A stretch of DNA of 64,000 nt, from positions 9,362,001-9,426,000 of the forward strand of contig OZ210885.1 of NCBI GenBank assembly GCA_964658305.1. The letters run 5' to 3'. The DNA comes from Leptogorgia sarmentosa (Eukaryota). Position numbers and translations under genes: made by a program. Below are positions 1 to 13,734 of this stretch, piece after piece. Each line of letters opens with the position of its first letter. Position 1 is the first letter of the stretch. The notes beneath the pieces were generated by a model, which did not search any database, was not told the DNA's origin, and was given only the letters and a program-made list of their open reading frames with translations.

Positions 1-269
1 GTACCGGCCAACATTTTTCAGGGGGGCGGTCGGCAATTTGCCCGGTTATCTAGAAAATTACCCGACTTTTATTTTGTAATTGATACTCATAATCGCGTTA
101 AATTTAATTAATACGTATACATAATACATTCAGAAGTTAATTTATTATGTAATATCAGTGTGTACGACAATCATTTACCCGACTGTGAGGCGAATATTGC
201 CCGACTGTCCTTGTTAGCCCAACAAACTGGGAGGGCTGCCGCCCCCCCCCCCGCCCCGGTACGCCCATG
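1..269. mobile_element. MITE with CATGGGCGTACCGG-type terminal inverted repeats, left end cut by the window edge
   Basis: Window starts GTACCGG. Positions 256-269 read CCGGTACGCCCATG, the reverse complement of (CATGGGC)GTACCGG. G/C runs lie just inside both ends. Confidence 0.6.
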
Positions 270-693
270 ATCAAGTGTGTAACTATATGTATCCCTTGCG
301 AACCACATTTCAAATGAACTGCTATGTTTTCCTTTATAGTAGACTGATAATCCTCCATCAGGGGTCTGTGTTATAGCACGATAGATACTCTCGTTAGGTT
401 TCTGAGCACAAGAATTCGTGTCCAAACTGACTGAGTCCACGAAGAGATAAAACATATCAAGATTATAACCAGAACCATTTCTGTTAAAAGCAGCGACGCA
501 ACCCTGCCTCTTCAAGTTCAACATTGCACCATTATCCCGAAACCGAAACTGAGCTGATGGATCAAGGCAGCTGTTACGTTGTCCGAAAATTCCAGAAATG
601 ACAAATTTCCCCAACTTCCGCTTGATTGTATTTTACCTGTGTCTCTAATACATTTCTATTTGTGTGTCTCCTTCACGAAGAAACAAATTGTAC
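270..693 (-). pseudogene. Disrupted coding exon of an unknown protein (possibly beta-trefoil/lectin-like)
   Basis: Acceptor TTTTTAG precedes 693 on the minus strand. Reads TICFFVKETHK*KCIRDTGKIQSSGSWGNLSFLEFSDN, frameshifts near 570-577, continues CLDPSAQFRFRDNGAMLNLKRQGCV...RAITQTPDGGLSVYYKGK, and runs into the MITE at 269. Confidence 0.45.
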
Positions 694-1251
694 CTAAAAA
701 GTTATATAAAAAGGCCCCTGTTGTACTCTTAATACAATTATCTGGGTATAGGCAGTTTCACTGGCATGTATGTAGGAAGATATATAGATTTTATAAAATT
801 AATGCTGATAGCTAATTTCTACTTTTACCATTTGGGAATGATTTGCATTGGTTGTCGATAAATTGCGACGCCGACGCGAAAGCCTATACGATAGATTCCC
901 GTTCGTACGTTACACATAGCACCCCTGCATAACTCTCGCTGATTGATTCTGAATTGCATTGCAATGATTTATTTTAACATGCATTTCCAATTTTGCCCAA
1001 ATTTCGTTATGATCAAGGCTTCAATTAATGTCGGGAACATTTTTGTTTGTAGAGGGCCTGACAAGATAATCTCGAGTTCGTTTTATAGTCAATCAGCCCA
1101 CAAAAAGGGCTGCCCGAATAAGAATCAATTTCTGTATTCACTCAATTATGCCTTCGTTATTCTTTATGGAACTAGCTGAAATTCCTTAATTATGTTTGGT
1201 TATGGCAACTATGCAAGGGCGTCAATCCGTTCCAAAAAGTGGGGGGGGGAC

Positions 1252-1520
1252 GATAAGCGTACGGGCTACATTTTTTCAGAGAGGGGGCAGAAAGATATTT
1301 GCCCGAATTTGAGGGTAGTGAATGTCATGAGGCGCCACCATGGTTGGCGCCGAGCGAGAAATTTTTGAACTTTTACAACCTCTGGATTGTCGGAAACGGC
1401 GATTTCTAACTCCACTTTCTTGGTACGGTCGGTCAGGTGAACGACTGGAGGATTGTTGACATTATTTGAATTTTTTGGGGGGCAGTTGCGCCCCTTGTCC
1501 CCCCGCCTCGTACGCCTATG
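1252..1520. mobile_element. MITE of the CATAGGCGTACG type nested in a related element
   Basis: Ends GATAAGCGTACG and CGTACGCCTATG, flanked by the 7-bp direct repeat GGGGGAC. Its internal sequence recurs inverted at about 27890-28050. Confidence 0.55.
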
Positions 1521-1642
1521 GGGGGACAAAAATCTGTCTGTTGTAAAATAGTAATGAGGGGCAATCTTCCCCAATCTTCCTGGGGGCAATCTTCCCCGAA
1601 AAATTTGGAAATTTGAAACATCATGAATGATAAGTGGTCATC

Positions 1643-1960
1643 ATGGCGGATGGACATTTATTTGAGAGCTCTGATACAAATTATAATGGAGCTGATATCA
1701 GTTGGAATTTCCTCAAAATACAAGATTATGTGGTGTCTAAGAGTATTACCTACGATGGTAAACGAATAAGTTGGTGCGATAGCTTCGAAACTCTGCAAGA
1801 ATTTATTAAAGTTGCACTTGGTTTTGAGGGTAAGTGGCGTTCATACGGAGGCAGTTCAAAGAGATTTGTCGCGTACACTTATGACTTTGTCGCTATTTGG
1901 TACCCTGGCAAACTGAACACCTTATCATTAAGCGGCACCGTAAATCTCTTTGAACCGTAA
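1643..1960 (+). mobile_element. Truncated 5' fragment resembling the N-terminus of a non-LTR retrotransposon ORF1
   Basis: Pattern W...FETLQEFIK..LG.EGKWRSYGGSSKRF...IWYPGKLNTLSLSG resembles cnidarian CR1/L2-type ORF1 N-termini (from recall). The ORF ends at a minisatellite. Confidence 0.45.
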
Positions 1961-2190
1961 TTACAGAAAATTGCACTGTGGTAACAGAAAATTACACTGT
2001 GATTACACAAAATTGCACTGTGATAACAGAAAATTGTACTCTAATTACAGAAAGTTGCAGTGTGATTACACAAATTTGGACTATGATTAAAGAAAATTGC
2101 ACTGTGATTACACAAAATTGCACTGTGATTACACAAAATTGCACTGTGATTAAACACAATTGGACTGTGATTTGGGATTAACTGCACTGA
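1957..2190. repeat. 21-bp minisatellite, consensus GTGATTACACAAAATTGCACT, about 11 copies
   Basis: Tandem units are directly visible and produce the spurious (VITQNCT)n ORF. Confidence 0.9.
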
Positions 2191-2884
2191 AGTGAACACG
2201 CTCGAGTAATTCTTTTATGTATATTATTAAGAAAAAAAGACGCAAAAGATTCGCTACCAACCCCAGTTGGCTCGATACCTATGTCTATGGACTTGCACAA
2301 CAAAGATGAGGGCATACTTTTATGAAATCCCAAGAGTAACGAATGAAAACACACGCCTGTTAAACACGCCACAGTAAATTCCGCAAAATTACAGTTATTT
2401 TGTTTTTAGTATTAAAAATCTTTTCGGTGTTTGTCTATCGCTTACATTGCTGTTTAAAACTCTACCTCTACAACCGCAATGATTCCGGGAATTATTGAAA
2501 TACCAATTTTATATTCTTATTTTTTTCACTGCGTATATACCGCACGAATTAAAGACAAACACCATTGAAATCCTAATAAAATGACCATTCGAACGGTGGG
2601 TCATATGCTAGTTAAAACACAACACAAAAAAAAAATATTAAAGATTGATCGTCGGAAACGTGCGGCAATTACCATTATATATCTGGGCAAAACCGAGTCC
2701 AATATCTTGAAATCCATGTCCTTATTTCTCCTTGAAGCCGCATATAGTCATGAAACCTGTGTTATGTTCTTTTTATTTTGCATATTTCGTGTTATTTGCA
2801 CAAATAATAACATTTCTACAAGATTTTTTGTAATTGTGGGAAATTTCCGCACGCGCACGGCATTTACCAAAAACAGGATAAATC

Positions 2885-3269
2885 GCAACAACGGTAACTC
2901 CAAATAACGTAAATATTTTGATTCAACGTTTCGACTTTATTTAGTCATCATCAGCAATGGTTATATTACATGTGCATGCGTTATATATACTCTACGTCAT
3001 TTAATATCTAATTTTAATATCTAATTAGAAGAAAACCGATAGTTCTCTAGATGCTTTTGTCCCATGATTGAGTTCCGGTTTTTGTCGATGAATGACGAGT
3101 GCTTCGTTAATTATAAACAGCAGATTTGACCAATGCTTAGCCCTGTCTATGATGTTGCAATTGTTCAGTAGGAAGGCTGTTAGGTTAAATTGGTCAGTGT
3201 TGGATTCGCCTGTGTTCAGTTGTAATAGATTTATCAGATAGTTAAATTGTTCGCAAGTGCTCATTTGCA
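2885..3269 (-). mobile_element. 5'-truncated Penelope-like retroelement (GIY-YIG C-terminus plus 3' tail)
   Basis: Peptide IIDRAKHWSNLLFIINEALVIHRQKPELNHGTKASRELSVFF* fits PLE endonuclease ends. 10-bp TSD AGGATAAATC at 2875-2884 and 3270-3279. An uninterrupted inverted copy of the host repeat lies at about 35397-35780. Confidence 0.8.
2921..2958 (-). ncRNA. Minimal type I hammerhead ribozyme-like motif in the Penelope tail
   Basis: Minus strand reads ATTG-CTGATGA-T-GAC-TAAATAAA-GTC-GAAA-CGTT-GAAT: both core boxes, stem II and a palindromic ACGT stem III. Stem I has a mismatch. Confidence 0.6.
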
Positions 3270-3743
3270 AGGATAAATCAGCTGGTTGCGCAATAGTCTG
3301 AAACACGTGGAAAACATGCAATATCGGGTATTCGTATATTTTTCGTTTTTATATAAAAACACGGCCGGTTCTCGAAGACTTTTTTACCTCTAGCATTGTA
3401 AAAAGGTAGAAATAATAATTTTCTACGGCGATTTCATTAATACTACTGTAGAACTGAAGATCAGTGTTTGCAGAGTTATGATTGGACTAAAGGTTGAAAA
3501 TATGCATCTAATTAGTATTCCGGGTCACATTTTTCTGCGATGTATATTTTAATGGCCTCAAGACAATACATTTTCCTTGTATTACATTGTATATGAACAT
3601 TGCTTAGATATATAAAGTTTTTTAAGCTGAACAAAAAGAGTGTATTTTGTCCTTATTGGGTGCGTAAAACCAGAGATACGGCCAATTATAGTTATGCGAC
3701 ATATCACAATATTAATATGATGTTGGAGAGAGGGGATTATAAT

Positions 3744-6700
3744 TATTAAAGAGAAACTTGTAAATGTATATGTAAAACCTCTCAGAACGCGGGAAATATG
3801 CGTGCGTTAGATTAAACATTTTCGAATCAGCTCACGGTTTACCAACTAACATATAGCCTTAACATGATTAGTTGTCATTAAAGTATGCAATATCATCTGT
3901 AATTTGAGAGAAACACAACCCATGAAGATTTATTATTTACTTGGTACTGTAGAAAAGGGGTCAACTATGATAAAACAAAACTATAATACCTTTTACCAGC
4001 AAGGAAACGATAGTCAATATGACGAAATAAAGATATTTGTTAGGCATCTTCTTTGCTTACCAACAAACGAAAGACGAAATGAAACGTGGCATTAAGTGGG
4101 TGGTAAAAATGGCTTCTTAAGTGCTTAATCCTTTCAATATAATTGGCCTTTTTTGGATACTAATTATAAGCCAGAGGAGAAATGTTATGATCATAATATA
4201 TTAATTAACCTGCGTTTGTATTGAGTTTCATAATGCACTGGTTTCACTTTTGATATCTAGAATATCAGTCTAGCCACAGGCGCTACAGTATGAAAGCAAC
4301 TATAAAGGTAACAGGAACGCGACTGAGCGAAGTGGATCTTTCAGTGAAAATGAGAAAATTTTTAATCAGCATTTATGAATAATTCGCCAAACACTCAAAG
4401 ACAAATAAGGGAAAACAAAGAGCTCTGTTAAAGTTTGTCCAAACGAATTATGCGTCTCAAGTGTAAGTTAATGACAAATAAAGACAAAGATAAAAAGGTC
4501 AAGTTATTCTTTGCTTTCGAACATTCATATTAAAACTCATTCATAATAAACTACATATTCGAAATTTCTATCTACTCAGGTAAACTTTGTGACATATAGA
4601 CATTTAAAGTTTGCCAATTTTCTATTATTGTTGCATTACGCATGCAAAAGTGATAATCAGATCTCCAATAATTTCAACTTCACTTCAGAGAAGATCGCCC
4701 CTCCATCGGAAAAAATTCTAACATCGAATCTCTGCTGCATTCGCATCGCTTCGAATATAACTATTATAACGAAATATGAAAATTGGCGCATTTAAATTGA
4801 AACCTCTTCAAAAACAATGTGGGTGCGGTTGTTCTCGAACGCAATTAATTAAATTGGTCGCTAAAAATGACAAAGAATTTAGTATGACCAGAATGCAAAT
4901 GCGGTATTTAACGTAAACATTGCCATTTAAGACAAAGCGTTCTTTTAAAGTAAACATTGCCATTTAAGACAAGGCGTTCTTTTAAAGTAAACATTGCTAT
5001 TTAAGACAAAGCGTTCTTTTAAAAACATTTCATTTGATGTTATCTTATAGCAACTTAGCTTTTCTTAGGTGCCAATGCTGAAGTACAGAGACAGAAACTT
5101 CGTGATTGAATTAGCAAAGTGTTCGTAATATAACAGCAAATTTGAGTACTCGTTCGTTTGGAGAATATTTTTCATGACTGATACACAATCTATACTTTTG
5201 AGCCTGAACTACATAAGAGGATAAACATGGACTCAGAGCGAAAGTGTTCGACTGTAGATCGCTAATCAGTGGTTCAGATCAGCCCTGAAAATGTTATCAC
5301 AAAATTTGATATCAGTCAAGATCATCGTAATGTTCAGGTGTATGGATTAGGACATTCGGCATTATAATAATAATTGCAATTTTAAATGGCCCAATGTGGA
5401 CGTAGATGTTCTCGAACAGTCATCGATTATATTTGTCACTAAAATGACAAAGAATTTACTGTGAAAAGAATGCAAATACTGTTTCTAATGTACACATTGC
5501 CCTTTAAAACAAAGAGTTCTTTCAAAATATTTCATTTTATTTCGCCATCGTCTGTTAAAACTGTTTTATGATGATCTGCTCTTTGTGTCTGTATAACTTT
5601 GGACAGGTACTCAGGAGTTTCACGTCCATTAAAAAACTATAAATGCAGGGAAAAAATGTTAAAGTGGAACTTGCCAAATAAAGCTTGTTGATGCAAATGA
5701 GGCTAGACAAAACGAATTTAGTATGCTGTTCGTCAGAAGTGAATTTAAACTTATAGTGAATTTATAACCCGAGATTAACAACAGAAGAGTGATTTCTATA
5801 AAGAAAACTTTTTTGGAACCGGCACCCTATACAAGTCAGAGTCGATTCTAATTCGCACACATAATCAATGTCTGATGCATGGTAAATACATGCTGCTCCT
5901 TGCTCCCACGCAACTCGTGACATATGACTAAGTTATATTATTCTTCGACCCAGCAGCATTCAAGTGAAACCCACAAGCGCAAAAGCTGGAGCGTTCTCAA
6001 TATGTGACGACATTTATTTACGTCGTAGAAGTTTAATACAGAAGCTTTTAACATCTTTGCGAATTCAACATTCGGTGAGTACTATAAAAATTTTTGAAAC
6101 TATTTCCAGTTTGCACAATAACGTTAGGAAATACAATATTACAAATTTCCTTTCAAAGCACAATATCCATCTGATGACGTTGCAACACAATGACAAACAA
6201 ACATGCCTTTACGCTTCTACCATTCGTGTAATATCGTCTCAGGTTATGTGAGGGTGTTCTATGTCGCTCTTGACTTTTAATTATCTGTGATTTCGTGAGC
6301 CTTGTATTGCACATAAACTCCACAAATCACAACTTAGTTTATCCAAGATATTTGTCATGCAAGAGCGCTTGTTTGTAAATTGAACTTAATTTACTCTGAC
6401 AAGATACTGATAAAACTAGACAAGATTTGGATCTTTATAAGCTTGGGTCATGAATCATTATACTTATTAAATGCTTTAAAGCTTTTCATTACGATCTGTA
6501 CTGATTCTTGGGTGGTTATATCATCGTGAACATACATATGACTGGTGCGTGTTCAATCGCTGACATGTCATGCATACAGCGCTACTTAATTGGGACGATT
6601 TGTTGAAAATCCTAAAATGAATTCAGCATTGCCAAATAAAGCAGCCTCCATCCTCACTTCGGGCTTATTCAATACAGACTTTAGCATGCAATAACCAGGG

Positions 6701-9700
6701 ACCAAACAAAGAAATTTTTATATTAAGGAGAACCTTGTAAATGTATATGTAAAACCTCTCAGAACGCAGGAAATATGCGTGCGTTAGATTAAACATTTTC
6801 AGCTCGCGGTTTACCAACTAAAAAAACATATAAATATAGCCTTAACATGATTAGTTGTCCTTAAAGTCTGCATATTATCTGCAATTTAAGAGAAACACAA
6901 CCCATGAAGATTTATTATTTACCTGGTAGCGTAGAAAAGGGGTCAACTATGATAAAACAAAACTATAATACCTTTTAGAGCAAGGAAACGATAGTCAATG
7001 TGACGAAATAAAGATATTTGTTAGGCATCTTCTTTGCTTACCAACAAACGAAAGACGAAATGAAACGTGGCATTAAGTGGGTGGTAAAAATAGCTTCTGA
7101 AGTGCTTAATTCTCTCAATATAATTGGCCTTTTTTGGATACAATCACTAATATGAGCCAGAGGAGAAATGTTATGATCATAATATATCAATTACTGACCT
7201 GCGTTTGTACTCTGACTGCATGGCACATCATTCTACAGATGGCTATAACAATTACTATTTTGCAGTAGATTAATTGCTAAATAATTTTTTGTGTATAATG
7301 CAGGCCAGCCTTTACGTTCGTCTTACAACTCAAGTTGTTCGATTGTCCAAACGAATTTTGCGTATCAAGTGTAAGTTATAATAAATAAAGACAAAGATAA
7401 AAAGGTCAAGTTATTTTTTGCCTTCGAACATTCATATTAAAACTCATTCATAATAAACTACATATTCGAAATATCTATCTACTCAGGTGAACTTCGTGAC
7501 ATAAAGACATTTAAAGTTTGCGAATTTTCTATCATTGTTGCATTACGCATGCAAAAGTGATAATCAGATCTCCAATAATTTCAACCTCACTTCAGAGAAG
7601 ATCGCCCCTCCATCGGAAAAAATGCTAACATCGAATCTCTGTTGCATTCGCATGGCTTGGAATATAACTATTATAACGAAATATGAAAATTGGCGCATTT
7701 AAATTGAAACCTCTTCAAAAACAATGTGGGTGCGGTTGTTCTCGAACGCAATTAATTAAATTGGTCGCTAAAAATGACAAAGAATTTAGTAAGACCAGAA
7801 TGCAAATGCGGTATTTAACGTAAATATTGCCATTTAAGACAAAGCGTTCTTTTAAAGTAAACATTGCCATTTAAGACAAAGCGTTCTTTTGAAAACATTT
7901 CATTTGATGTTATCTTATAGCAACTTAGCTTTTCTTAGGTGCCAATGCTGAAGTACAGAGACAGAAACTTCGTGATTGAATTAGCAAAGTGTTCGTAATA
8001 TAACAGCAAATTTGAGTACTCGTTCGTTTGGAGAATATTTTTCATGACTGATACACAATCTATACTTTTGAGCCTGAACTACATAAGAGGATAAACATGG
8101 ACTCAGAGCTAAAGTGTTCGACTGTAGATCGCTAATCAGTGGTTCAGATCAGCCCTGAAAATGTTATCCATGGCTAGAAATATGCGACATGCAGTATTAC
8201 GCAATGGGCATTCGGACTTTCAAAATGCTCGTAAATTTATAGTATGCAGCAACGCAAAATAGTATGTTTTCTTACATGCGAAGTATAAACATGGTAAATC
8301 GACTTGTAGCGAATCGAAAAAGCAAAATATTGTGATATTTAGAAGCCGATAAACCTTGTCCCCGAGCGATTCAAACGTATCCATGGATTGTAGCGTATTA
8401 GCCGCCATTAATCATCAATTCTTATATACTTCACTGAAAGAGAGCGGTGTTTTAGGATACATGAAATACAAATTCCAACATGCGAAGCTTGATTTGTCAA
8501 GATGGGGTTTCGGCGGCTTCAACTAATATAAAACCTATAAAAGGTTACGTATCTTTCCCTTGTTCAGCTTTACGTTTATGTTCGGCAAAGTGCTTCGCTT
8601 TGTTTGAAATATCCATAACTATCGAACATATAAACGTAAAGCTGGACAAGGGAAAGATACGTAACCTTTTATAGGTTTTATATTAGTTGAAGCCGCCGAA
8701 ACCCCATCTTGACAAATCAAGCTTCGCATGTTGGAATTTGTATTTCATGTATCCTAAAACACCGCTCTCTTTCAGTGGAGTATATAAGAATTGATGATTA
8801 ATGGCGGCTAATACGCTACAATCCATGGATACGTTTGAATCGCTCGGGGACAAGGTTTATCGGCTTCTAAATATCACAATATTTTGCTTTTTCGATTCGC
8901 TACAAGTCGATTTACCATGTTTATACTTCGCATGTAAGAAAACATACTATTTTGCGTTGCTGCATACTATAAATTTACGAGCATTTTGAAAGTCCGAATG
9001 CCCATTGCGTAATACTGCATGTCGCATATTTCTAGCCATGCACAAAATTTGATATCAGTCAAGATCATCGTAATGTTCAGGTGCATGGATTAGGACATTC
9101 AGCATTATAGTTGGGTTAATTGCTAAGTTCTGACGCACAAATTGATCCGGAACCAAAACGACAAAAAACAACATTTGCTCTCCTCTCTCTCTCTCTGGTG
9201 TGACTTCCATAATCTCTCACAATGAGTAGCGTAAGGTTTTCTTGCCATGAAATACGCTATTCCTCCCTTGTCATTATACGATCATTTCACTTTCCACGTA
9301 CGCTTCGAAAATCTTATAATAATGATAATAATAATTGCAATTTTAAATGGCCCAATGTGGACGTAGATGTTCTCGAACAGTCATCGATTATATTTGTCAC
9401 TAAAAATGACAAAGAATTTACTGTGAAGAGAATGCAAATACTGTTTCTAATGTAAACATTGCCCTTTAAAACAAAGGGTTCTTTCAAAATATTTCATTTT
9501 ATTTCGCCATCGTCTGTTAAAACTGTTTTATGATGGTCTGCTCTTTGTGTCTGTATCCAACCTTTGTTGTATAACTTTGAACAGGTACTCAGCAGTTTCA
9601 CGTCCATTAAAAACTATAAATGCAGGAAAAAATTGTTAAAGTGGAACTTGCCAAATAAAGCTTGTTTGATGCAAATGAGGCTAGACAAAACGAATTTAGT

Positions 9701-10495
9701 ATGCTGTTCGTCAGAAGTGAATTTAAACTTATAATGAAACCCACAAGGTGAAACCCACAAACACAATTGCTGGAACGTTCTCGATATGTGACGACATGTA
9801 TTTACGTCGTAGAAGTTTAATCCAGAAGCTTTTGTCCTTTTAACATCTTTGCGAATTTAACATTTGGTGAGTAATATCATAAATGTTTTGAAACTATTTC
9901 CAGTTTGCACAATAACGTAACAAAATCCCATATTACAAATTTCCTTTCAAAGCACAATATCCATCTGATGTCGTTGCAACACAATGACAAACAAACATGC
10001 TTTTACGCTTCTACCATTCGTGTAATATCGTTTCAGGTTATGTGAGGGTGTTCTATGTCGCTCTTACTTTTAATTATCTGTGATCTCGTGAGCCTTGTAT
10101 TGCACATAAACTCCTCATATCACAACTTAGTTTATCCAAGATATTGGTCATGCAAGAGCGCTTGTTTGTAAATTGAACTTAATTTATTCAGACAAGATAT
10201 ACTGATAAAACTAGACAAAATTTGGATCTTTATATAAAAGCTTGGGTCATGAATCATTATTTAATAAATGCTTTAAAGCTTTTCCTTACTATCTGTCTTG
10301 GGTGGTTATATCATGGTGAACATACATATGACTGGTGCGTGTTTAATCGCTGACATGTCATGCATACAACGCTACTTGGCACGATTTGTTGAAAATCCTA
10401 AATTGAATTGAGCATTGCCAAACAAAGCAGCCTCCATTCTCACTTCGGGCTCATTCAATACAGACTTGAGCATGCAATAACCAGGGACCAAACAA
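3744..10495. repeat. Head-to-tail duplication of a ~3-kb non-coding unit (copy 1 about 3744-6710, copy 2 about 6721-10495)
   Basis: Both copies begin TATTAA.GAGAA.CTTGTAAATGTATATGTAAAACC and end CCAGGGACCAAACAA. They are colinear apart from copy-specific indels. A more diverged partial third copy lies at about 16170-17040. Confidence 0.9.
8169..9040. mobile_element. 872-bp near-perfect palindromic (fold-back) insertion
   Basis: Ends CATGGCTAGAAAT and ATTTCTAGCCATG, arms about 415 bp around a short spacer near 8585-8621. Mirrored identical ORFs at 8220- and 8801+. Absent from the paralogous site near 5297. Confidence 0.9.
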
Positions 10496-10859
10496 CAGGT
10501 GGATCTTTATTGCTTTCAGGTTTTCAGCGATATAACTGCAACTTAGCAACGCCCAGTCTGTAGCGCTGTTAGAAAATTTACTGTTCTTGACTAATTATGT
10601 TGTGACGAAGTCTTCAAAGCAAACTAAGGAAAGCAAACTTCAATACTAGCAGTGTTTGCCTCACGCAAGTTTTTTTACAAGTTTCATTAAAAACTATAGT
10701 ATATGATTGGCAACATTTCAGTCTGTAACTGTTGATAGATTGCGTCTAACATAAAACAAAGACTCAGATTAAATTGACTGACAGCATGCAAGTAAACGAA
10801 CTATCCCAGCAAACACACGACGTCGTTTCGACGTCGAATTTAGGTTGATATTTGGTCGG

Positions 10860-11825
10860 GACGTCGATCGACTATATATCGACGTTGAATCGACGTCGAT
10901 AACCTGACCTCATATCGACGTCGACAAATTGACCTCGTTTCGACGTTGGATCGACGTCGTTAACCTGACTTGATATCGACGTCCACAAACTGACCTCGTT
11001 TCGACGTTGAATCGACGTCGTTAATCTGACCTCATATCGACGTCGACAAACTGACCTCGTTTCGACGTTGAATCGACGTCGTTAATCTGACCTCATATCG
11101 ACGTCGACAAACTGACCTCGTTTCGACGTTGAATCGACGTCGTTAACCTGACTTGATATCGACGTCGACAAACTGACCTCGTTTCGACGTTGAATCGACG
11201 TCGTTATCCTGACTTAATATCGACGTCGACAAATTGACCTGGTTTCGACGTTCAATCGACGTCGTTATCCTGACTTAATATCGACGTCGAAAAATTGACC
11301 TCGTTTCGACGTTCAATCGACGTCGTTATCCTGACTTAATATCGACGTCGACAAATTGACCTCGTTTCGACGTTCAATCGACGTCGTTATCCTGACTTAA
11401 TATCGACGTCGACAAATTGACCTGGTTTCGACGTTCAATCGACGTCGTTATCCTGACTTAATATCGACGTCGACAAATTGACCTCGTTTCGACGTTCAAT
11501 CGACGTCGTTATCCTGACTTAATATCGACGTCGACAAATTGACCTGGTTTCGACGTTCAATCGACGTCGTTATCCTGACTTAATATCGACGTCGACAAAT
11601 TGACCTCGTTTCGACGTTCAATCGACGTCGTTATCCTGACTTAATATCGACGTCGACAAATTGACCTGGTTTCGACGTTCAATCGACGTCGTTATCCTGA
11701 CTTAATATCGACGTCGAAAAATTGACCTCGTTTCGACGTTCAATCGACGTCGTTATCCTGACTTAATATCGACGTCGACAAATTGACCTCGTTTCGACGT
11801 TCAATCGACGTCGTTAACCTGACCT
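10860..11825. repeat. 61-bp tandem array, about 16 copies, left subterminal repeat of the CACTA-type element
   Basis: Unit ACAAATTGACCTCGTTTCGACGTTCAATCGACGTCGTTATCCTGACTTAATATCGACGTCG repeated without unique spacers. Confidence 0.95.
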
Positions 11826-13734
11826 GAACATTAAACAACTAATTAAAAATATATATATTTACGTTTTGGGCCATATAGCTGACGTTGAATATGGATCAGC
11901 ATATTTTTATACCCCAACATACAATTGCATATCAACACTTTATAAACTGATCTTTTGGGCAAAGTTCGTACCGACGACTACGTTTGCTATTTCAACCTTT
12001 TTCAACATGTGATTGATCGTATTTATTAAGACATTGATAGTTTTTAAATAATTTTGAACTTTTGGGTAGGGTTTAACCGTATTTGTATAGGAAATTACTC
12101 GGCTCGAGAAGTATTAATGAAAAATTGCACGCGTGTTTGGACTTTGGCGAAATACGAATAAGGTGTCGCGCATTCGGCCCAAACTCGGTTCGGGCCGTTC
12201 GGCTCGGCATACAATCGGCGATGACACGAGACTGAGAATCATGGGAAGTGTTGTCATAGACGCTCACAAACCGCGTGTATTCAAAATTTCACACAAAGGA
12301 TTTCATTGCTTGTCGTTGTTCTTGTCTTTTGGGGATAATTTCCCGTTCATTTAGTTGATTTAATTCAAGACTACAGAAAAGGTTAGTATAATATGCAACT
12401 TGTTTATTTTTATTTTGTGATATATCGCTTATATTTCGTTCAATCAGTGTGCACTGCGATGCGCTTCGAAGTTCGAAGTGCTCGATCGTGCTTCAAAAGT
12501 GCTGGTTCAATAAACTGAACTGGAACACTAGTGATCAGCACTATAATTCACAAAATTAATCGCTTCTACATAAAGGTCAATTCTGTATCACATATTCTTA
12601 CTATGCTACAGAAAAGTCGATTCCTAGCTCTTGCCTCGACAATGATGTGTAACGTTTGTGTATTTGATTAGTAGAGTTACATTTTACAATCCAAATCAAT
12701 CTAGTAGTTTAGTTAGACTTTGTCAGCCTGGTTTCATCAGTGATATACTAAAAAGCGAGTATTTCTGCGTAGGAAATTTTTTGTTATTGATTTAGGCTGG
12801 TTTTCAATTCTTTCAAATAGAATTTCGGACAACCAATTATACAGACTGAGCATACAAAGAGGCAGTGGAAGCGAATTTTTTAAGGGGGGAGGGCTTTAAG
12901 CAGATAATAACTAGTTAGTAGGGACATAACTCATCAGGTTTGGCAAAAGCAATTAAGCAAACTGATTTTTTTGATATCCTTTCAAAATTTGTTGACTTAA
13001 ACTGGCTACAGTAGATCGAGACTATAAACCTGAACTACAATGCCATTGCTATGCTAATTCCATACTGGCTGGCACACATATTGTGTTGAAGATGAAAATT
13101 GAGAATTACTTGCTTTCAATAAATCGATTAACAAAGCCATAAAAAAGATACATGCTTAGTTATGTAGAGGGATATACTGTAGCTACATTAGAGACAGGCT
13201 TAATTAATTGATATTTTTCACTTATTAGAGCACCGAAAGTGATGTTTATAAAGCAATGGGACAGATTTTAAAGTATGCTCCGGACAGGAAAGGGGGAAGT
13301 AGAAAGTCTATCTATAATCGATCATTATGAGACATTTTTCATAATAAACATATAGTCCATACACAAGATTGATAACTGTAGCTGCAGAAGAATACAACAT
13401 TTGCCAGGATTCTAGCTACATTTCACAACCAATCTTGGTAATTTTACCAAACTTGTAATTTTGATGTTCTTTCAAAATATGATATCGTGGTAACAAATTA
13501 ATTAACGTATAGCTAGTTGATAATAAATTAGTGCAGATAGTATAATATAGGTCCAAATTGGAATCGCTTAATTACAGTTCGGTGTTTGTAAATAATCAAG
13601 TGTATTAAAGTATATAATATGTAATATGTAAGATACTGACTGAGTTCGAAAATAAATATATCATCAAAACAAATTGCAACAGAAAATTTATTAATTTTAA
13701 TCAATTTGCAACTTCGTCGTATTTTCCAACGTAC

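Noticed and set aside
1978..2181. ORF with (VITQNCT)n repeats
   Set aside because: Translation of a 21-bp minisatellite with no gene context.
8220..8989. Identical ORF pairs on opposite strands (also 14454/14921 and 53782/54782)
   Set aside because: Artefacts of palindromic element arms with no recognisable protein motifs.
10860..11825. Palindrome-rich regular array resembling a CRISPR array
   Set aside because: Units repeat in full with no unique spacers, no cas genes are present, and it lies inside a TIR transposon in a eukaryotic locus.
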